Source: Octopus sinensis
Lineage: Eukaryota
Length of the DNA: 64,000 nt
Direction: 5' to 3'
Assembly: GCF_006345805.1 (NCBI RefSeq)
Contig: NC_042997.1
Location: 169,446,001-169,510,000, forward strand
How positions within the stretch are numbered: position 1 is the stretch's first letter; every line of letters begins with the position of its first letter. Shown here one piece after another: positions 27,295-37,814 of the stretch. Below the pieces are notes generated by a model. It was given only the letters and a program-made list of their open reading frames with translations. It had not been told where the DNA came from and made no database searches. Both the position numbers and the translations under genes were made by a program.

Positions 27295-28168
27295 TGAGGG
27301 GGTACCCAAAAGAAACTAGAATTTTGCAATATTATTTTATTCACTTAGTTCTACATGTTTACATTTTTATCACCTTCAAAGTATTCTCCATTTGGAGCAA
27401 TGCATCAGTCCAGATGCATTTTCCAATGTTGGAAGCAGTGCTGGAAATCTTGCAAAGTGACACCTTTTAATGCCTCCATCGTTTCTTTCTTCACCTCTTC
27501 CACATCGGCAAATTCTGCAGCACCAGCTTTCATTACCAATGATGACTTTCAAAAAAAGGTCTATATCAACTTCCAACTGTTCTCTCAGTTTGTGACATGC
27601 ATTCAGTCATGACTGCTTTTGATCTTCTGTGAGTAAGCCAGGCATAAATTTTGCTGCAACTCTTTTCATTCAAAATTCCTCACACAAAATTCACTGGCAA
27701 GAGCTCTAAGACACACCAGTCATATCAACAAGTTCATCAACTGTTCAGTGATGATCCTCCAAGATCAGTTCATGAATTTTCATGCCCTGAACGAGGTTGG
27801 TACTCAAGTGATAAGTGACCATTCCTAAACCATGAAAACCACTTGTAAACTTGTGTTTTGCTCATGGCAGTAGCCTTGTAAGCTGTTTGAAGCATGACAA
27901 CTGTTTTGGTCACCGTTTTCCCCAACAGGAAACAGAATTTCAGGGAAGCACACTGTTCTTTCGTTTCAGCCATCACAAAAATCAATGAACAGGAGAGAAG
28001 CACTGTAAAACAAAGATGCACCATATGACAGTATGAAAACACTGGATAATGCTGGTCAGCAGACTGATGCCTGAGAGTCACATCAAGTGGCTTTCAGCAG
28101 CGGAAGACTGAACTACAATAGGCTTGTCCCACAAAGAACATTTCCAGTTACTTTTGGGTACCCCCTTG
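27295..28168 (-). mobile_element. Internally deleted mariner (different family)
   Basis: 28-bp imperfect TIRs (gagggggtacccaaaag) and TA TSD. N-terminus MAETKEQCASLKFCF...KTQVYKWF, plus the C-terminal ...CIAPNGEYFEG remnant. Confidence 0.85.
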
Positions 28169-28172
28169 TATG

Positions 28173-28210
<38 letters not shown>

Positions 28211-28307
28211 ACATTCTTGACTAATAAGCCTTGTGCCTTCACTACATACATATATTAATACATATATACATAGACAAGTAGGTCTCAAACAAATATATAT
28301 GTATATA

Positions 28308-28527
28308 TGAGGGGATGCTGAAAAGTTACTGGCTGTGGGTAAAAGAAAATACAGGAGGATCACTTAATTATGATTTTATTCAACATATTCCCCTCTCAAA
28401 TTCACTCACTTATTGCAGTAGTCTTTCAGCTTTTCTGAGCCCTGTAAAAGAACTTGGAAGTTTGTGCCTCTAACTAACCAGGCCTTTTCTGATACCCTTA
28501 AAGCTAGGAACCTTCCAGCATCCCTCA
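28308..28527. mobile_element. About 220-bp mariner-type MITE
   Basis: Inverted ends tgaggggatgctgaaaagttactggct / agctaggaaccttccagcatccctca, in a TA context. Confidence 0.65.
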
Positions 28528-29222
28528 TGTATGTGTGTGCATTTGTATGTGTGTGTGCATGTGTGCGTTTGTGTGTGCATTTGTGTGTGTGTGCATTTGT
28601 GTATGTACATGTGCGTGTTGTACCTGGGTATATGTGCACCCTCGTGTGTATGTGTATGTGTGTGTGTTGGCTTGGTAAGCAATATTTGCAGATGGGGATG
28701 AACATGTCTGTTGCAAGCTCGCTGATGTCCAATGAGTCCAATTTGAGACAACAGGCACAACCATGGAGCCTGCATGGGAATGAAGGTAGGTTGTAGTGTC
28801 CTTGTCTTTCAGCTTTCTTCTTTTGTCCACAAGGATGGTCTTGCAAGTGTCTTCATAGGAAGTTGTTGCCCAGTGGGCAGTGGGATGTCAAGCTTCATGG
28901 TCTGTGGCAAGAACAGACTGCTGGTGGTGATCAATGTGGCAGGTACCAAGGTGCCACACAGTGGGACTGAAATCCAAGACTATATGGTTGGGAAGCAAGC
29001 TTCTCAACCACACACCCTTACTTGCACCTACTATTACATAGATGAGTTGCAGAATTAGTTAAAAACAGAAAAAAAAAATAGAAGAAAGGAATTAAAGGAA
29101 AGAGCAAGAAAGCAATCAAATAATTGAGTACATAATTGTAAAATTGAGGATCAATAAGAATATACAGTAACATTTGAGAGGAATTCAATAAGGTGGTAGA
29201 TTATCAGAATCATTGGATAAAA

Positions 29223-29531
29223 CAATGGTTTTCAACTGGGTTTCACATGACCCTTGAGGGTCCATATAAGATTTTTGTGTATCTAGGCAAGCAAAATAGT
29301 AAATTGGAGACCTACACAAATATTTTAAGGGTCCATGAAAACATTTTGTTATAGATGTGTTTATTACAAGGAATAGCTCAGTTTCTTTCTCTAATGAGTG
29401 AAAAACAAAATAAAAATTTTGAAAGATGTATCTATAAAAGTAGTTTTAAACATCAAATGGCTGTTGGGGTCCACCAGAGAAAAATAGTAACCAACAGGGG
29501 TCCACAGATGAAAGATGGTTGAGAACCACTG
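29223..29531. mobile_element. 309-bp hAT (Charlie-type) MITE
   Basis: TIRs caatggttttcaact / ggttgagaaccactg; imperfect 8-bp TSD ggataaaa / agatagaa. Confidence 0.7.
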
Positions 29532-30599
29532 AGATAGAATCTTTCATGGTATTTCTTTGGGTTTGTAGTGACACTTGGTTCCAGATGCCATTTTGGGATT
29601 TTCATCCATGCATGCGCAGGGATTACAGCATTCCAGAAGGCCTGCTGGAAGCCCCTTATGTGCATGCACAATAATCAGCAGCAGTTAGGCTTGACCGCCA
29701 TTCTCTCTCTCTTCGGCCCCAGCTTCTGACCAGACAGGACGCAACTTAGACCAGCTCTGTGGAGCTGGAATTCTGATGGCAAGTGACGTTGCAAGTCTGT
29801 GAAAATGCCTTTGTATTTTTGTGTCTAACTACCAACCCTGCTGCTTCCACACCAAGGCGTCCAGGCTACCGATGTTCAGAGATGAAATGTTTAATCAGGT
29901 GAAATAAATTATTATTGTTATTTGTTCGGAGATTCTTGTTCCTGCTATTTTCCTTTCCACGACTATGTAAGGAATTGTGAGGCACCCATCCAGTGCCAAC
30001 CTCACTTCCTACAGGTTCATTGCCCTCTAAGATCAAGTTACACTAAGATCAACTTTGTCTTTCATCCTTCAGGGTGGTGCAATAAAAAAAATTACCATTC
30101 TAGGTGGATTGATTGGCAAAGCTGTCAGAAAGAGGGATGCCTTGCAATATTTATTCTGGCTTTTAAAATTCTAACAGCAATATTTGTGGCAACACTGGTG
30201 CCATGTTGTTTGGTCCTATGACAATGACCTTTCTCTTGGACAAGATTAGTGGTATGGAGAGAGAAGACTTGCATGCATGGGAAATGGTAAATCTTCAACA
30301 AAAACAGTAAAAAATTTTTTTAATCTCCTTGCCCAGGCCTGCACATACATGACCATCCCCGACTGATGGAGGCCCTAGATAAGTGTGTTACATTTGCAAG
30401 CATGGCTGTGTGGTAAGCAGTTTACTTCCCAACCACATGGTTTCAATTTCAGTCCCATTGTGTGACACCTTGGCCAAATGTCTTTTACTGTAGCCACAGG
30501 CTGACCAAACTTTGTAAGTAAATTTGGTAGATGGAAACTGAAAGAAGCTTGTTGTAAGCACATGTGTGTATGTATGTGTCTGTGTGTGTGTGCATAAAA

Positions 30600-31950
30600 A
30601 GTGGACGTCAAAACGACGGCGACGACGATGATGTGTAATGAAGCAGTCGCTAAGTAAATTTATGAAAACATAAATTTAATTAAGCTTAATTAATATCAGT
30701 AGTGGAATAAACAACAGTAAAATACGTTAGTAATGATGTTTAAAGAACTACTGTTTTCTATAAATATAGCGCAAACGTGGAAAGCTTGAACCTCTTTGCA
30801 AAAGCTGCAGTAATTGTCTTTCCACCTCTGACGAAAGAATCATTTATGTATAAGAAGAATATTAAATACTGAAATGGCAGTGAAACTTCGAAACCAAAAC
30901 AGTTCATAACAGGAAAAGAAAAAAAAAGTTTCAACATAGTATACAAGAATGATCAGAAAAATAAGAAAGTGATGCTATGAAATGAAATTAATTGATAATT
31001 CGACTATGAAGCGGTATTGTTCTAGCCTAATAAATTAGAAACATTCAGAGTCGTCTCCCTTGTATGCTGACCACAGAATGACGTTAGCGTGCTCCTTAAT
31101 ATTTTACTTCAGCATCACATCTAGTTCTAGAGTTGTTATTTCTTGTATTGAAAACATTAGAAATATTCAAATCCATTTTTATTAGTAAAGCGCGCGAAGC
31201 ACATGCACGTATTTACAAAAATATTATTTATACAGGAATTATGAAGCCGAAAAAAGGTTATATATCTGCTATAAAAATTGAGGTTACCAGCAATGGGGCG
31301 ACCGTTCCCGGCGAGCACATTTGTCTAAATAGGCGCTTTTCAACAATTTTTTAAAACTCATTAGTTATCCATATCAGTGGTTTAAGTTTCACACATAATA
31401 GCCATATTACTGAAACATGAAATTAATGAATATAGAAATAATTATGTATATTATAACTATTGAAATATTTCGCGTAATATAAGAGAAATGAGTTTTGAAA
31501 ATTGTTTGGTGTCACGACGCCTTTGTGACGTTGTGACGTGCTCACTCCACCTAACTTTAAAACCTGTCTGCCAGAAATGCTAAAATATTTGTCAAAAATG
31601 TTGATTCAAGTGATAGAAAATATCCCAAAGGAGAGGTGGTATTAATTCCCTACTATGAAAATTTTACGTACAATGATGAAATATCATGTATTATTATTAG
31701 AAAAATATATTATTTTATTTCTCACACAGGTATATGCTTACAAAATGAGAAGTTGTGATGTTCATGCATTTACCAAAGATAATACCGTTTTTTTTTTAGA
31801 GTTAACCGATTCCACTTTCTCTGCGACTTTCTAAGCTGATGCTATGGGGAAACAAAACAAGAGAGTTATTTCCCCTCCATTTCTAGACCAATACTTTGTA
31901 TACCTTTGTTAATCGAATATTTTGGAGTTATATCTAGTCTGATCAATAAG
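30600..31950. promoter_or_regulatory. CpG-retaining, promoter/enhancer-like unique DNA with no assignable gene
   Basis: Many CpGs (gcgcgcg, ggcgaccg, gtcacgacgcc). Tandem TGACGT CRE-like half sites at about 31525-31540. Confidence 0.35.
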
Positions 31951-32619
31951 TATCCGGACTGTTACCATAGTAACGAAAATATAGCCCGCAGAATGAAGCC
32001 GCTTGACGCAGATAGACCTTGAACTCTGCTGTACATGCGTACTAAGTTTTACCGTTTTAGCTCACTTCTGCTGTTTGCAGCAGTGCCTGGAAAGAACGAG
32101 TGTTGCACAAACTTGGCATACACATATCTCATACCCAAATCTTCAGTGATAATGGACTGTATTGAACCGTAACTAATCTACACATCCTCTGATAACTCAC
32201 GGATGGTGATTCGATGATTTCCAATCACGGCTGCACGCACATCGACGATGTTTTTCTTAGTTCTGCTGGTTGCGGGTCTCCGAAAACGTTCGTCAATATC
32301 GACATTTTTTCGGCCATCTTGGAAACGTCTGAACCTTTCATACACTTGTGTGCGGCTCATACACTCCTCTCCATGCACTTTTTGCAAATTTGCATAGGCT
32401 TTTGAGCAGGTGTCGCCATGACAACTTTCTCTGTCACGAGCACACGCTACACACCTTCCTTCCAAGCACTGCTGTAAACAGCGGAAGTGAGCTAGAATGT
32501 TAAAACTTAGTGCACATACACAGTAGAGATCAAGGTCAACCTTTACCAAGCAGCATCACTCTGTGTGCTTTAGCTTTGCTACTATGGCAACAGTCCGGAT
32601 ACTTCTTGATCAGACCTCA
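31933..32619. mobile_element. Second copy of the same mariner family, also with inverted 5' ends
   Basis: Same TIR and TA flanks. Minus ORF 32178-32549 GDTCSKAYANLQKVHGEECMSRTQVYERFRRFQDG...ITIRELSEDV. Confidence 0.85.
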
Positions 32620-33280
32620 TAACTTGTTTAGCAAGTGACGATCTGAGACTGTATGTTGAAATTGCTCACAAGCTTTTCCTCCTTTACAAGGCTCAACTAC
32701 AGCTCTTCCAATCAATTATTAACTACTCCAATTTTACTCTTCATTTTCTCCCAGATTATCAACTGTTTTTTTTTTTTTGTTTGTTTTTCCTGACAACTTT
32801 TTCTTGAATATGTTTATATATTTACAAAAAATTTGATTTATTATTAAGATTGGCTTTAAATACCCGATCTGAAATTGCCTGAGTTGCCTGAATACTGAAC
32901 CCAATAACCCAGTCCGTCAAATGGCTTATCTTGAAACAGTTTCAGTAATCTATTGAAAACATCCAGTGTGCACACAATGTGCTACACAGTAAATTATTGA
33001 TATCCTTTATCTTTTTATTGAGGAAGCTGTTTATTTGTTATGTCAATTTAGTGATTACTCTTTTACTCCTTTACTTGTTTCAGTCATTTGTCTGTGGCCA
33101 TGCTGGAGCACCACCTTTAGTCGAGCATATCGACCCCAGGACTTATTCTTTGTAAGCCTAGTACTTATTCTATTGGTCTCGTTTGCCGAACTGCTAAGTT
33201 ACAAGGATCAGCATCGGTTGTCAAGCGATGTTGGGGGGACAAACACAGACACACAAACACACATACACACAAATATATAA

Positions 33281-33530
33281 GAGATAATGGTGTCATTGAG
33301 ACCCAAAGGTGTCAGGTAATGCTGAATAAGTGCTATAGACAGACCATAGTTAAGTTCCAGATTCAGTAATTTTGCGAATAAGGGGTTCAACATAACCATC
33401 CTCTCACGCCGTCTCCGATGACGGGATATAATTAATAAATATCCTAGAAACAGCTGTAAAACCTTCTATCTATAAATGCTCTGATATCTACACAGCCTTG
33501 GTTTTTTATCTTATTACGCAAAAAATTCTT
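33281..33530 (+). mobile_element. Penelope-like terminal fragment with a degenerate hammerhead (33411-33462), inserted in the microsatellite of a SINE
   Basis: gtct-CCGATGA-c-GGGATAT...ATATCCT-a-GAA-ACAGCTGT-A-aaac. It interrupts SINE family C in its (CA/TA)n centre. Confidence 0.5.
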
Positions 33531-35159
33531 ATATATCATATATGACAGGCTTCTTTCAGTTTCCATCTACCAAATTCACTCACAAGGCTTTGGTGGGCCC
33601 AAGGCTGTAGTAGAAGACACTTGCCACACAGTGGGACTGAACCCGGAACCATGTGGTTGGTAAGCAAGCTACTTACCACACAGCCACTCCTACGCCTATG
33701 TTTTATTTTTGTATTGTTTTATTTCTGTATTGAAATCAGCTGGCTATGTTGTCTATGAATCCCATCTGTTGCTCATCTTCTGGATTTAAAGTTGCCTAAC
33801 ATGACATTCAATTGCAGTATGCACTGACAAACTACACTCTTTCCCCTTCTCCTGCTTTCTTTTTCTCTTCAACCCTCATTCTTTAAGTTCTAGTATACCT
33901 CAAAGTGTTGTTACATCTTCCACTCTCACCTTCTGTACATTAACAACCTATACATTGTCTCTTCTAACCACACATACTCCTATGCGGATAATACCACTTT
34001 CATTTCTTGACTTTCTGCATACAAGTATTATCTACATATGACCTACACATTTACAACAAATAAACAGCTTGAAAAAATTTGCAATGGTGATATGGAGACA
34101 ACCTGGTCTCCATTAGTAGCACTAAGATAAAGTTACTGCACATGTCAATAAAACAGCTTATACTATATCCTCTATATTATTGAGCAAATCACAATTAAGT
34201 CCCTCTAAGTTACTACTGTAAGTGCTAGTGCTCACAATCTTTGATTCTTTTTTTTTTTTTTAGCAACATCATGTATAGCATTGTTAAAATTTTAATATTT
34301 AGCTGTTGAACTTCAACAAGAGTCAAGAAAAACTCACATTGGAAAATTGTTATCTGTGTTGGTTTTGTTACTACACACAGACTACATAAAAAAAAAAACC
34401 CATTTAGGTGTTTTAACTCAGATTCATTCACCAACAAACTAAAGCCATAACTTAGCTTCCTCTTCCAGCCCCTTCTATTGACTATTCTCTGTTAGTATTA
34501 TGCCTATCCCCTTTTTATCTCAGGTTATCAATGGCCATTTTTCTCTCTCTTTCCTTCCCTCCCTCCCGCCCCCCTCTCTCTCTCTCATCTGCTACCATGT
34601 CTTTCAACTTCCTTGATCTTGTAATATGTATCTTGACCGATCAATTTTCCCAGAACTGCAGCACTTTGATATCTGTTCCTCCCTCCACGTTTTCTCTGTA
34701 GCTGTCAAATTACAGATATTCAAACTAAATATCAACTACTTAACTACTTAAATCCTTCAGGTCTGTGAGAGCCTACGAAGGTCATTGACACAGCTTTTCA
34801 TTCCCCAATTAATCTTAATAGATGTGAAAAAGTAGCTATTATAAATTATCAGTTGTTATATGTCATCTCCAGTCTAATGGAATTGTGTGAATGCTGACGC
34901 AATAGTTAAAACGAGATTAAAAACGTATTAAAAAATTCTTTGCTTAGTTGGATTCCTACGTCTATAGCCTGTTGCTAAGCTTGTCAAGGCGGAAAAGTTC
35001 GTCTGCACTTACAAGTTGGTAAAAACGGATACTATTTGTGACTTGAGCCAATGAAGGGTTTTTACATTGTCATTCGACCTGCTAGAAATACAGCAGCCAA
35101 ATTTCCCTCAAACCAAATTCCACATCTTAAGGAAAGGCATATTAAATAATTGATTATAT

Positions 35160-35390
35160 ATATAGTCAATCTAAACATGAACAAGCAAGGAAAAACAACA
35201 ACGCGAGGACGTGGAACAAGTACTGTTTTTGGGCGCTCAGGAAAGGAAAGAAAAGAAGGAGAACTTCACGTTTCGAGCGGAGCTCTTCATCAGTAATATT
35301 GAAAAAGTCCAAAGAAGGGAAGACGGAGAAAGAAAATTGGCAACGATACAAACATGGTCACATATTGAAATGTGTAAATATACAGAAATA
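35160..35390 (-). mobile_element. Penelope-like terminal fragment with a hammerhead-like motif (35260-35300)
   Basis: Minus strand reads CTGATGA-A-GAGC-tcc-GCTC-GAA-ACGT-G. The fragment is CpG-rich with AT-rich flanks. Confidence 0.5.
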
Positions 35391-36699
35391 TATAGATATT
35401 TCGTCTGTCGTTACGTTCTGAGTTCAAATTCCGCTGAGGCCGACTTTGCCTTTTCCTTTCGAGGTCGATAAATAAAGTACCGGTTTCGCACTGGGGTCGA
35501 TGTAATCGACTTAATCCCTTTGTCTGTCCTTGTTTGTCTCCTCTATGTTTAGCCTCTTGTGGGCAATAAAGAAATATATATATACACATGATAGATAGAC
35601 AGATAGGTAAACCCGTTCGAATACTAGTGCTTAAGATGAAATCCCCAAATAAATTGCAACGAAATACTGATCTGATATCTTCCTAGTACTAGAAGATGAA
35701 AATAAAAAATACTTAATGAGGAGTTAGAATGTATAACGAAATGTAAGTCCTCTGTAAGAATGACCATCCGACACAAGATTATTTTTTCTTGTTTTTGTTT
35801 ATTTACTCTCTGGGTTAATATCTATTGTAAAGATGTGATATCAGTTTAGGGATTTTAAAAAAGTTTTTGTATTTTGATTGTTCATAAAATTTGATATGAA
35901 ATATCTCAGTATTTGCACATTTAGTTTTTGCTTGTAAATAAGTAGCCGGCTTTTATTCAAAGCCTTGCATCCGTGAATAAAAGGAGTGGTATACTTATGT
36001 TACGACATTGCTACATGACTTAAATGTATTGGGGCAAGCCTATGAATATATGAGACAATAATTTAGTCTATGAGACGTTATATATGCTGCATTTTTTAAA
36101 AAAAAAGTATAGTTACAACTGCACAAAATCTGAAAACTGAATGTGAGCGCCATGTAGTACTTTTGAAAAATGACTAATTCTAATTGATTTATTATGTAAA
36201 ATAGTCGGAACCGATATTGTTATACTTTGGGAAGATCCGTTCCGTAAATTAAAACACAGGCAGCGGTTGTAATTCACAAAGAAAAATAATAAAAATAGTA
36301 TCCAGTGGTAGTACTATATCATTGACGAAAGCTAGACTTAAATACTACTGTGAACTATTGAACTGTAGTATTTAATTAAGCCCCTTGTTGTTTCGAATAA
36401 AAAAATCCGGCGAGGGTCAATTTTGTCATCCCATAGGAATCGGTAAAATAAGCAATACACTACAAAATATACTTAAAACGATTCAATCGATGAAACTCAG
36501 TCTTCATAACTTTTTGGGTTAGTGCCAAAGTTAGAAATCAATGAAGACCTAAGGTTTTGTGTTTGACTTATGGGAGATCCAGTAAATAAATTTTATAATT
36601 AAAAAAAAAAGCATCGAAACAACTAAAATATGATAGATGTTGTTCAGATTGATTGAACCGTAAAATGCTTTCGAATTAATCCGTATATATATATATATA

Positions 36700-37134
36700 T
36701 AAGATATAACAAATATTCGTACATTTACACAGAAATTATAACTACGGAGAAGGGCAAATCTCAGTATATATAGACAAGTGGTTTGGCGAAGTTGCCTCCC
36801 CTGTTTGTTAGCGCTAACTAATCGAACCTGGTGTTGCAAAGTTGCTGAAGATATTCTACACAACTCCAAGTTAAACCAACGTTCGACTCGACTCACTAAA
36901 TTTTGTTTTATTGTTGTTAGATTGTCGCAGGATTTCACATACACAGAGAAGTGCTCGCTGGCGTCGGTTGGTAGATTTCACTTGATTCTCATGTTCTCAC
37001 TGACAAAGGTCTCTTCCTTGGTCGCTAATGTTTTGCACTCAACTCTCTCACACATCACGCCATACGATGCGCACATGCAAAAGCGAAAACATTTAATTTT
37101 CATTTCCTCGTAAATATGCTTAATTTTGGTAAGT
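36700..37134 (+). promoter_or_regulatory. Putative SCAP promoter and non-coding first exon (donor G|gtaagt at 37128/37129)
   Basis: CpG is retained over about 34.9-38.9 kb but depleted in the SCAP gene body. A strong donor is followed by very T-rich intron-like DNA, and an SRE-like ATCACGCCAT lies at 37054-37063. The link to SCAP is inferred. Confidence 0.45.
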
Positions 37135-37470
37135 CAAGTCACATGGACACGACTCTATAAAATCGCTTTTGTTTTCTCTATAATTAAGACAAGATTGTTA
37201 ATTATTGTAAAATTACTTTTTATTTTTTTTAGTTTTTTTTTAATACTACCTATATTATCTCTATGTGCGCATTTTTTAATTACGTAAAAATAAATGTTTT
37301 TTAGTTATATTTTTACAATGTTTTTTGTACGATTAATTGTATATTGTTTATTTTCTTCAATTTAAGATGGGGTTGGATTCAGTTCTTTAGAAAACCTCAT
37401 TAACCTTATTTGATATTATTAAGGTATATATTTTATACTAAATATGTTTACGCTATATCTCTCACCGAAC

Positions 37471-37814
37471 GTTTACTTTTAATTCATTTTAACATAATCA
37501 CAAATATAAGTCCCTGGTGCTAGTGTTTACGAAGTAAATATTTTCACCCTCACCTGCACACACTGTTTTTATCCCTTACTTTCATTTAATTGTGTAAACA
37601 TCCCAGGATCCACTTTGAATCGTATTGTACCACATTATTTTATAATTGGATTCTTGTTCCCTTTTAATGAAAAAATGTATCGTATATATCATCATTAGTA
37701 TCATTTAGGGAAACAAATCAGAGATATATTTTAATTAGATCTCAGTAATCTTTTAATTTTCATCTTTCGGGAAGCATTTCCTTCAATGGATATAATTTTG
37801 AGTTGTTAAATATT
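37471..37814 (+). repeat. About 345-bp direct repeat, copy 1 (copy 2 at 39962-40306)
   Basis: Collinear from gtttacttttaattca to ttgtt.aatatt, moderately diverged. Confidence 0.9.

Noticed and set aside
30826-30895. CTGACGA hammerhead core-like heptamer
   Set aside because: No stem II or correctly spaced GAAA.
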